DNA of 64,000 nt, from the NCBI GenBank assembly GCA_040386535.1, contig JAZKFH010000024.1:95047-159046 (forward strand), in the 5' to 3' direction. Under the pieces are notes generated by a model. That model was not told the DNA's origin and searched no databases. It saw only the letters and a program-made list of their open reading frames with translations. A program made the translations under genes and the position numbers. Below, in pieces: positions 28,464 through 36,326 of this stretch. How positions within the stretch are numbered: position 1 is the first letter of the stretch; each line of letters starts with the position of its first letter. The stretch is from Myxococcota bacterium (lineage in GTDB: Bacteria; Myxococcota_A; UBA796; SXON01).

Positions 28464-29411
28464 CTGTCGATCACGATCCTCGGCCCCGAACGGCCGACAC
28501 CGTACCTGCCCGCGGTGCTCGCCGACGCAGGCGTTCGCGGCCCGATCGCGCTCGTCAGCGCCGGTTGGCGTCACGACGAGGCGCGGGACGAGCCCCTGCG
28601 CGAGGCCGTCGGCGTCCCCGTTCAGAACCTCGGGCTCTACGCCTCTTTTCGCCTGCTCGAGCGCGAGGCCTCCGATCTGGTCTCCACCTACACGCTCAAG
28701 CAGTCCTCGCTCCGCCGCATCAAGGAGCGGTACCGCATGGCGATCGTGCCGGCGCTGGCCGGGTGCCGCGAGCTCTGGGCCCGGCGCCGGGACGCCGACT
28801 GCCCATGGTTCCAACAGGCGATCCTCCACCTCCAGACCATCGACAAGCTGTTCCTCGGCGAGTCCGACCGCCTCCACCGCGAGTACGACGAGCAAGCGCG
28901 GCCGTTCGCGCACCGTCGCGTCCGCGCCGAGCTCGATCGCCTCCGCAAGGCGCTGGACGACTGCCACGCCGTGCTCATCGCCGGCGGCCATGTGGGCGTG
29001 CTCCGCAACCGCCTCGCGTTCTTCGGGTTCGACGAGTGGCTGCGGAACCGCCGTGTGTTCGCGTGGTCGGCCGGGGCGATGGCGCTGACCGATCGGGTGG
29101 TGCTGTTTCACGACCACACCACCTACGGCGTCGGCCTCGCCGAGATCCTCGACCGCGGGCTCGGCCTCGTGCCGGGCGTGGTCTTCCTGCCGCACGCGCG
29201 CGAGCGCCTGGCCCTCGACGATGTCGAGAACGTCGCGATCCTCTCGAAACGTTTCGGGCCCTCGATCGCGATCGGCCTGCAGAACGGCGCGCTGCTCCGG
29301 GACGTCGGAGCGAACGGCTTCATCAACAGCGGCACGCCGGACGCGGCGATGCGCCTCGGGCCCGACGGCGTGCTCGCGCCGCTCACGGAGGCCCATGCGG
29401 CCGCTCCTTGA
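28464..29411 (+). CDS. Peptidase S51 (dipeptidase E/cyanophycinase-like; class I GAT fold) family protein
   Basis: IAGGH, nucleophile elbow WSAGA, GLGLV...FLPH; probable CTG start at 28464 after AAAGGA (first canonical start is GTG 28515). Confidence 0.65.
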   Translation: MSITILGPERPTPYLPAVLADAGVRGPIALVSAGWRHDEARDEPLREAVGVPVQNLGLYASFRLLEREASDLVSTYTLKQSSLRRIKERYRMAIVPALAGCRELWARRRDADCPWFQQAILHLQTIDKLFLGESDRLHREYDEQARPFAHRRVRAELDRLRKALDDCHAVLIAGGHVGVLRNRLAFFGFDEWLRNRRVFAWSAGAMALTDRVVLFHDHTTYGVGLAEILDRGLGLVPGVVFLPHARERLALDDVENVAILSKRFGPSIAIGLQNGALLRDVGANGFINSGTPDAAMRLGPDGVLAPLTEAHAAAP

Positions 29412-30546
29412 CCTCATCGCGCAGATCGAGCGGGAGCCCTGGCGCGCCCGCGCGCTGCTCGAGCACTACTCGCACGCCCAGCACTTCCCCATGGTCGAGG
29501 GAGACTCGGCCACGTTCTTCTACTGGGACGGCCGGCCCGCCGAGAAGGTGTTCCTCAAGCACTGGGTGTTCGGCCTGTCCTCGACCGTCGAGTTCCAGCG
29601 CATCCCGCACACCGACGCCTTCTACCTGTTCCTCGACCTGCCGAAGCGGGCGCGTGTCGAGTACAAGCTCGAGGTGGTGCGAGACGGCCACGGCGTGTGG
29701 ACCCACGACCCGCGCAACCACCGGCGCGCCTACGATCCGTTCGGTAGCAACTCCGTCTGCCACGCGAGCTCCTACGAGGAGCCCAACTGGGTGCACCACG
29801 ACCCCACCGCGCGCCAGGGTCGGCTCGAGGCCGGCACCGTCGAGAGCGCGCTGTTCGGGGACACCCGCACCTACAAGATGTACGTGCCCGCCGAGGCCCG
29901 CGCCGGGAAGCGCTACCCGCTGCTGATCGTGCACGACGGCAACGATTTTCTGCACTTCGCGCAGATGAAGACCGTGCTCGACAACCTCATCCACCGGCAT
30001 GAGGTCGCGCCGCTGCTCGTGTGTTTCACCAGCGGCGTGCAGCGCAACCAGGAGTACGGCGCCAACCCGCGGCATGCCGACTACCTGCGCAACGAGCTGC
30101 TCCCCGCGCTCGAGGCCCGCTACCCCGTGCTCCCGGGCACGCAGCACCGTGGCCTGATGGGCGCGAGCTTCGGCGCGGTCGCGTCGCTCTACACCAAGGT
30201 GCAGCACCCGGGCGTGTGGGGGCGGCTGATGCTGCTGTCGGGCAGCTTCGCGTTCACCGACATCGGCGACCACCAGCGCGGCGCGTTGTGGGACCCCATC
30301 GTGCGCTTCGTGAACGGCTTCCGCGACTCCCCGCGCCATCTGCACGCACGGGTGTTCGCGAGCTGCGGCACCTTCGAGTCGCTGATCTACTACAACCGCA
30401 GCCTCGTGCCGCTGTTCGACAGGCGCAGCGACGACTTCCGCTTCACCGAGGCGCCCGACGGGCACAACTGGATCAACTGGCGGGATCGCCTCCGCGAGGG
30501 GCTCACGTTCCTGTTCCCCGGCCCCTTGTGGATGTACTACGAGTAG
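29395..30546 (+). CDS. Esterase (Fes-like alpha/beta hydrolase) with N-terminal beta-sandwich domain
   Basis: R.EYK...DPRN...PFG.NS, YPLLIVHDG, GASFG, GHNW.NW; ATG 29395 after GGAGG. Confidence 0.8.
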   Translation: MRPLLDLIAQIEREPWRARALLEHYSHAQHFPMVEGDSATFFYWDGRPAEKVFLKHWVFGLSSTVEFQRIPHTDAFYLFLDLPKRARVEYKLEVVRDGHGVWTHDPRNHRRAYDPFGSNSVCHASSYEEPNWVHHDPTARQGRLEAGTVESALFGDTRTYKMYVPAEARAGKRYPLLIVHDGNDFLHFAQMKTVLDNLIHRHEVAPLLVCFTSGVQRNQEYGANPRHADYLRNELLPALEARYPVLPGTQHRGLMGASFGAVASLYTKVQHPGVWGRLMLLSGSFAFTDIGDHQRGALWDPIVRFVNGFRDSPRHLHARVFASCGTFESLIYYNRSLVPLFDRRSDDFRFTEAPDGHNWINWRDRLREGLTFLFPGPLWMYYE

Positions 30547-30621
30547 GCCCGAGGCCCGGTGACTCCCGCGCTGGATTGACGGCCCCGCCCGGTGTATACG
30601 GGGCCTCCTCGGAGCCTCTTC

Positions 30622-31914
30622 ATGCCTGTCCAGACCCGCCAGATCGGCCTCTCCCTCGGCGCCGACATCTGCTGGCCCGCCTGCTACGAAGAGCTCGTGC
30701 AGCGGCTGCAGCTCTCCCTCCCGGCGCCGCTCCCCGGGGGCGCGGACAACGTGGAGTTCGCCGTCGAGCGCGTGCGCCCCGAGCCGTTCGATCTGCGCGG
30801 GAAGCCGAAGTACGACCTCGTCATCGATCGCGTCACGCACTGGTTCTTCACCACGCGCGAGTGGGTGAAGAAGATCGCGATCATGGACGACGTGTACGTC
30901 CTGAACAACCCCTGGATGATCCAGGCCGCCGAGAAGCACACCACCTACTGCGCGATGATGCGCCTCGGCTTCCCCATCCCCGAGACCTGGCTGCTCCCCC
31001 CGAAGGAGTACCCGGACGAGGCCGACTTCCCCGTCACCACGCGTCGCTACAACAAGCTGTTCGAGCTGAACAAGGTCGGGGCGCAGGTCGGCTACCCGAT
31101 GTTCATGAAGCCGTACGACGGCGGGGCCTGGCGTGGGGTGAGCAAGATCGACGACTCCGCGGCGCTGCACAAGGGCTACGACGCCTCCGGCAAGCAGATC
31201 ATGCACCTCCAGAACGCGGTCGATCCGTTCGACTTGTTCGTGCGTGGTGTCGGCATCGGCCCCCAGGTGAACGTCATCAAGTACGACCCCGCGGCGCCGC
31301 TGCACGGCCGCTACGTGGTCGACTTCGACTTCGTGAACGACAAGGAGCTCGCGACGCTCCAGCGCTTCACCCGCGTCATCAACGCGTTCTTCTGCTGGGA
31401 CTACAACTCCTGCGAGTCGCTCCGCAAGGGCGGCGTGTTCCACCCGATCGACTTCGCGAACGCCTGCCCGGACAGCCAGGTGACCAGCCTGCACTACCAC
31501 TTCCCGTGGATGGTCAAGGCGATGGTCAAGTGGTCGCTCTTCTGCGCGTACACCAAGCGCAAGCCGAAGCTGAACCCCAACTGGGCGCCCTACTTCGCCA
31601 TCGCCGACAAGGACATCTCGTTCGACGAGAAGCTCCTCCAGTACGACGCCCTGGCCAACGAGTACTTCGACACCGACCGGTTCGAGGAGTTCTGCGCCAC
31701 CCACCTCGCCCACATCGACGAGGTGACGTACGACTTCTTCGGCACGCCCCGCGCGAAGGAGATCTTCCGCGAGAAGGTGTCGGCGCTGTACCCGAAGCAC
31801 GAGATCGACGCGTTCACCGACCACTTCTACGGGCTGGTCCAGTTCTGGCGCAAGACCGAGGCCGACCGCGCACCCGCGCTCAAGTCGGAGCGGGCCGCCG
31901 GGAGGTCCGCGTGA
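30622..31914 (+). CDS. ATP-grasp fold protein (RimK-like putative amide ligase)
   Basis: DLVIDR, LNNPW, LG..IPETWLLP, VGYP.FMKPYDGGAWRGVSKI, IDFAN; ATG 30622 after GGAG. Confidence 0.75.
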   Translation: MPVQTRQIGLSLGADICWPACYEELVQRLQLSLPAPLPGGADNVEFAVERVRPEPFDLRGKPKYDLVIDRVTHWFFTTREWVKKIAIMDDVYVLNNPWMIQAAEKHTTYCAMMRLGFPIPETWLLPPKEYPDEADFPVTTRRYNKLFELNKVGAQVGYPMFMKPYDGGAWRGVSKIDDSAALHKGYDASGKQIMHLQNAVDPFDLFVRGVGIGPQVNVIKYDPAAPLHGRYVVDFDFVNDKELATLQRFTRVINAFFCWDYNSCESLRKGGVFHPIDFANACPDSQVTSLHYHFPWMVKAMVKWSLFCAYTKRKPKLNPNWAPYFAIADKDISFDEKLLQYDALANEYFDTDRFEEFCATHLAHIDEVTYDFFGTPRAKEIFREKVSALYPKHEIDAFTDHFYGLVQFWRKTEADRAPALKSERAAGRSA

Positions 31915-32642
31915 ACCGCCGCATCCACGGGTGGACCACGCCCGAGCTGAACCAGGAGATGAAGGTCGCGGCCTGGGGTCACGCCGGCAAGCCCGTGCTC
32001 CTGTTCCCCACCGCCGGCGGTGATTTCCTCGAGGCCGAGCGCTTCCTGATGCTCAAGGTGCTCACGCCGCTGATCGAGGCGGGCCGCATCCGCGTCTACG
32101 CGTGCGGGAGCGTCTCGGGCGAGGCGTGGATGAACGAGGAGGCGCACCCCGGCCACAAGGCCTGGCTCCAGTCGCGCTTCGACAACTACCTCTCGCGCGA
32201 GCTCGTGCCCTGGATCCGGCACGACGTGGGCGATCCCGCCGTGCGCATCATCGGCACCGGCGCCTCGCTCGGCGGCTTCAACGCGGTGAACGCGGGCCTC
32301 AAGCACCCCGACCAGTTCTGGCTCACCGTCGCGATGAGCGGCACGTACGACTTCGACCGCTGGATGCACGGCTACGCGGACGATCACTACTATTTCAACC
32401 AGCCGTTCCGCTACCTCCCGGGGATGGGCGAGGGCCTGCAGCTGGAGTGGCTGCGCAAGTCCTACTTCCACATCGCGACCGGCCAGGGCCGCTGGGAAGC
32501 GCCGTGGGAGAGCGTGAAGCTCGGCCAGCTCCTCGGCGCCAAGGGCATCCCCAACTACGTCGACCTGTGGGGCCACGATGTCGACCATGACTGGCCGACC
32601 TGGCGGACGATGTTGCCGATGTTCCTGGATCGGTTCGTTTAG
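31911..32642 (+). CDS. Esterase family alpha/beta hydrolase
   Basis: GTG overlapping the upstream stop; GHAGKPVLLFPT.GG, GASLG, MSGTYD, DLWGHD..HDWPTWR. Confidence 0.8.
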   Translation: MNRRIHGWTTPELNQEMKVAAWGHAGKPVLLFPTAGGDFLEAERFLMLKVLTPLIEAGRIRVYACGSVSGEAWMNEEAHPGHKAWLQSRFDNYLSRELVPWIRHDVGDPAVRIIGTGASLGGFNAVNAGLKHPDQFWLTVAMSGTYDFDRWMHGYADDHYYFNQPFRYLPGMGEGLQLEWLRKSYFHIATGQGRWEAPWESVKLGQLLGAKGIPNYVDLWGHDVDHDWPTWRTMLPMFLDRFV

Positions 32643-32676
32643 GCGCGCGAAGCAGGGCACGAGCCGGAGCCGGACC

Positions 32677-32915
32677 CCGGAGAAGCAGGAAAGCAGGAAT
32701 AAAGGAAAGCAGGAGGGGGAATCGGAGGGGAAGATCTTCCCTTCCTACTTCCTGGCTTCCTGCCTGCCTTGTTTCCTGCCTTCCTGCCTGCCTTGTTTCC
32801 TGCCTTCCTGCTGTTGCCTTTCCTGCCTTTCCCGGAGCCGGAGAAGCAGGAAAGCAGGAATAAAGGAAAGCAGGAGGGGGAATCGGAGGGGAAGATCTTC
32901 CCTTCCTACTTCCTG
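32677..32915. repeat. Two identical 78-bp palindromic units separated by (TTCCTGCC)-type short repeats; REP/MITE-like intergenic element
   Basis: Copies at 32677-32754 and 32838-32915; each has purine-rich GCAGGAAA arms, a central perfect palindrome GGGAAGATCTTCCC and pyrimidine-rich TTCCTG arms. Confidence 0.85.
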
Positions 32916-32939
32916 CCTTCCGTTGCCTTCCCTGCCTTC

Positions 32940-35900
32940 CTACTCCCGACGCCGCCGAAGCAGCGCGAGCAAGGGCACCAGGAGCCCGGCGAGCATCCCG
33001 CCGTTGGAGGCGGGGGTGGTGTCGCAGCCGCAGCCGCCGCCGCCTTCGTAGGTCCAGACGGGGGCCACGGCGGTGTCGTCGCCCGTATCGGCCGTGTCGT
33101 CGGGCACCACGTCGGTGTCCCCGGTGTCGCCCGTGTCGCCCGTGTCGCCCGTGTCGGGGCCCACGCCGTCGGTCCAGTCGACGTAGTCGGCGATGCCGTC
33201 GCCGTCGCTGTCGTCGGTGCCCTCGTCCAGGTCCGTGGCGCCGTCGCCGTCGGAGTCGGGATCGCGGGAGTTGGGGATGCCGTCGCCGTCCGCATCGGGA
33301 TCGGCCACGCCGTCGCCGTTCGCGTCTTCGGTCTCCTCGATGATCGTCGGGATGCCGTCCGCGTCGTCGTCCGCGTCCTGGAAGTCGGGGAGCGTGTCGC
33401 CGTCGGTGTCGATCGTGCCCTCGGCGCCGTCGAGCAAGGAGTCGCCGTCGGCGTCGGTGTCGAGGTGGTCGGGCGTGCCGTCGCCGTCCGTGTCGGGCAG
33501 GGTGTCGCCCGGATCGCCGCCGTCGTAGTCGCCCACCTCGTCGGCGGTCGGGACGCCGTCCGCGTCGTCGTCCGGATCGTTCCAGTCGGCCAGGCCGTCC
33601 TCGTCCGAGTCGTTCGGGTTGGCCAGATCGTCGCCGACCTCGGTGCCGTCCCACACGCCGTCGCCGTCGGTGTCGGCGTTGTCGATGTCGGTCCCGATGA
33701 CGGCTTCTTCCTCGTCGGTCAGGCCGTCGCCGTCGGTGTCGTCGTCCTCGGAGACGCCGTTGCAGTCGTTGTCCAGGCCGTCGGGGATCTCGGGCGCGCC
33801 CGGGTAGATGGTCACGTCCGCGTCGTCGCAGTCGTCCCCGTCGTACTCGGCGCTGTCGTGGGTGTCGCCGTCCGCGTCGAAGTCGGACAGGCCGTCACAG
33901 TTGCCGTCCACGCCGTCGTAGTACGTCTCGGCGCCGTCGGGGCTGACCGTGGCGTCGAGATCGTCACAGTCGGTGCCCCCGTCTTCGGCGGCCACGTACT
34001 CGGCGCTGTCGAAGCCATCGCCGTCCTGGTCGTAGTCCGAGGCGCCGTCACAGTCGGCGTCGACCCCGTCGTACCAGGTCTCGGTGGCGTCGGGGTTGAT
34101 CGACGCGTTGGCGTCGTCACAGTCGTCGCCGCCGGACGCGAGGTCATCGAAGCCGTCGCCGTCGGCGTCGTTGTTGTCCTCGCCGGAGCAGTCCTGATCG
34201 ATGCCGTCGCCCGCGTCGTCGGGGGCGCCCGGGTAGGTCTCGGCGTCGCCGTCGTTGCAGTCGTCGCCGCCGTAGCTGATCGAGTCGTGGCCATCGCCGT
34301 CGAAGTCGTAGTCGGACGCGCCGTCACAATCGCTGTCGATGCCGTCGTACCAGGCGTCCGCCGCGTCGGGGTTCACGGTGGCGTCCGCGTCGTCGCAGTC
34401 CTCGCCGCCGTACTCGGCGCTGTCGAAGCCGTCGGCGTCCGCGTCGTAGTCGGAGCCGCCGTCACAGTCCTGGTCTACGCCGTCGTACCAGACCTCGATG
34501 GCGCCCGGGTTGACCGTCGCATCGGCGTCGTCACAGTCGTCGACGGAGCTGTAGCCGTCCCCGTCCGCGTCGACCGTGGCGTCCGCGCCGTCGCAGTCCT
34601 GATCGATGCCGTCGTACGGTTCGTCGTCAGCGCCAGGGTACACGGAGGGGTCGGAGTCGTCACAGTCCTCAACGGAGTTGTAGCCGTCGCCGTCGGCGTC
34701 GATCTCGGCGTCCGCGCCGTCGCAGTCCTGGTCGATCCCATCGTACGCCGTGTCGGGCGCGCCCGGGTACACGGAGGCGTCGCCGTCGTTGCAGTCCTCG
34801 GTGGAGTCGTACCCGTCGCCGTCGGCGTCGATCACCGCGTCGGAGCCGTCACAGTCCTGGTCGATGCCGTCGTACGCGGTGTCGCCCGCACCAGGGTGGA
34901 TCGTGGCGTCGGTGTCGTCGCAGTCCTCGCCGCCGTAGGCCTCGTCGTCGTAGCCGTCCCCATCGCCGTCGTAGTCGGAGGTGCCGTCACAGTCGGAGTC
35001 GACTCCGTCGTAGTCTTCGTCGGGAGCGCCGGGGTACACGCCGGCGTCGGTGTCGTCACAGTCGGTGCCGTCCGTGCCGCCCGCGAAGCCGTCGCCATCC
35101 TGATCGTCGTCGTTGCCGTCACAATCCTGGTCGACGCCGTCGTACCAGATCTCGGCCGCGCCGGGGTTGACCGACGCGTCCAGATCGTTGCAGTCGTGCG
35201 TGGTGTCGTAGCCGTCCCCGTCGAGGTCGACGACGCTGTCCGAGCCGTTGCAGTTCTGGTCCACCCCGTCGTACGGGATGTCGAGCGCGCCGGGGTTGAT
35301 GCTGGCGTCGGTGTCGTCGCAGTCCTCGCCGCCGTAGGCCTCGTCGTCGTAGCCGTCGCCATCGGCGTCGTAGTCGGAGCCGCCGTCACAGTCGGCGTCC
35401 ACCCCGTCGTACGGGAGGTCCAGCGCGCCGGGGTACACCGAGGCATCCGTCGGGTCACAGTCGCCGTCGTCCGAGGTGAAGCCGTCGCCGTCGTAGTCCA
35501 CGATCGCGTCGTCGTCGGTCCCGGAGCCGCCGTTGGTCGCCGCGCCGGGGCCGGAGCCGCCGTTGACGTTGACCGCGCACAGGCTGGTCGCCGTGTCGTA
35601 GAACTGCTTGACGCGCCCGCCCGCCCCGCCGCCGCCGTTGTCGTCGATGTCGCCGCCGGCGCCGCCGTAGGCGTTGATCGAGCCGGTGCAGTCGAGGTCG
35701 GCCGCGTAGAGCAGTACGCCGCCGCCCGCGCCGCCGCCCGGAGCGTCGTTGTTCGCGAGCACACCGAGCGCACCGTACGCCTGGATCGTGCCGGCCATGA
35801 CGATCTGATCGGCCGAGAACCACACGGCGCCGCCGCCGTCCCCGCCGTAGCCACCCGAGTCGCCGTCCAACGCGCCCCCGGCGCCGCCCGCCGAGCCCAT

Positions 35901-36323
35901 GTCGATGTCGACGTCGGTCGAGGAGCCGTAGGCCACGCCGCCGAGGCCGTCCGTCGTGACGTTGTCGTCCCGCACGCCGTTGCCGCCCGCCGCGCCGTAC
36001 CCGCCGCCGCCGCCCGAGTCGCGGAACAACGAGCCGCCCTGGCCGCCGCCCGTGCCCTCGCCGTACCCGTTGAGCACGCCGCGGTAGCCCGCAGCCGCGG
36101 CGTCGATGGTCGAGGTCGCGTCGACGTAGAGGTACGTCGCCGTGATCGTCAGGGTGCCGGTGGTGCCGGTGCCGTCGTAGTCGGCGACCGCGAGGGTGCC
36201 GCCGTTGATGACGTAGACGTTGTCGTAGGTGTACGACCCGCTCATCGTCACCGTCGTGCCGTCGACCGTGAGGTCGGCGGCGGAGGCGGTCTGGGCGAGG
36301 AGGAACAGCGTGTAGAGAGACAT
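32940..36323 (-). CDS. Large surface protein: Gly-rich N-terminal domain, 13 MopE-like repeats, TSP3-like Asp repeats, MYXO-CTERM-like anchor
   Basis: Signal peptide ending ASA; GGGGGYG/GGGAGG motifs; DTDGDG repeats; C-terminus GGGGCGC-spacer-TM-RRRRE. Confidence 0.75.
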   Translation of the reverse strand: MSLYTLFLLAQTASAADLTVDGTTVTMSGSYTYDNVYVINGGTLAVADYDGTGTTGTLTITATYLYVDATSTIDAAAAGYRGVLNGYGEGTGGGQGGSLFRDSGGGGGYGAAGGNGVRDDNVTTDGLGGVAYGSSTDVDIDMGSAGGAGGALDGDSGGYGGDGGGAVWFSADQIVMAGTIQAYGALGVLANNDAPGGGAGGGVLLYAADLDCTGSINAYGGAGGDIDDNGGGGAGGRVKQFYDTATSLCAVNVNGGSGPGAATNGGSGTDDDAIVDYDGDGFTSDDGDCDPTDASVYPGALDLPYDGVDADCDGGSDYDADGDGYDDEAYGGEDCDDTDASINPGALDIPYDGVDQNCNGSDSVVDLDGDGYDTTHDCNDLDASVNPGAAEIWYDGVDQDCDGNDDDQDGDGFAGGTDGTDCDDTDAGVYPGAPDEDYDGVDSDCDGTSDYDGDGDGYDDEAYGGEDCDDTDATIHPGAGDTAYDGIDQDCDGSDAVIDADGDGYDSTEDCNDGDASVYPGAPDTAYDGIDQDCDGADAEIDADGDGYNSVEDCDDSDPSVYPGADDEPYDGIDQDCDGADATVDADGDGYSSVDDCDDADATVNPGAIEVWYDGVDQDCDGGSDYDADADGFDSAEYGGEDCDDADATVNPDAADAWYDGIDSDCDGASDYDFDGDGHDSISYGGDDCNDGDAETYPGAPDDAGDGIDQDCSGEDNNDADGDGFDDLASGGDDCDDANASINPDATETWYDGVDADCDGASDYDQDGDGFDSAEYVAAEDGGTDCDDLDATVSPDGAETYYDGVDGNCDGLSDFDADGDTHDSAEYDGDDCDDADVTIYPGAPEIPDGLDNDCNGVSEDDDTDGDGLTDEEEAVIGTDIDNADTDGDGVWDGTEVGDDLANPNDSDEDGLADWNDPDDDADGVPTADEVGDYDGGDPGDTLPDTDGDGTPDHLDTDADGDSLLDGAEGTIDTDGDTLPDFQDADDDADGIPTIIEETEDANGDGVADPDADGDGIPNSRDPDSDGDGATDLDEGTDDSDGDGIADYVDWTDGVGPDTGDTGDTGDTGDTDVVPDDTADTGDDTAVAPVWTYEGGGGCGCDTTPASNGGMLAGLLVPLLALLRRRRE

Positions 36324-36326
36324 CGG

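Noticed and set aside
30576..30600. TTGACG...TATACG sigma70-like internal promoter
   Set aside because: Spacer is only 13 nt and the -10 lacks the final T; not supportable
30622..31914. ATP-grasp RiPP (graspetide) cluster
   Set aside because: No precursor peptide with repeated core motifs nearby, and the neighbours are hydrolases
32677..32939. Possible CRISPR array
   Set aside because: Only two long units, a low-complexity interval rather than unique spacers, and no cas genes in the window
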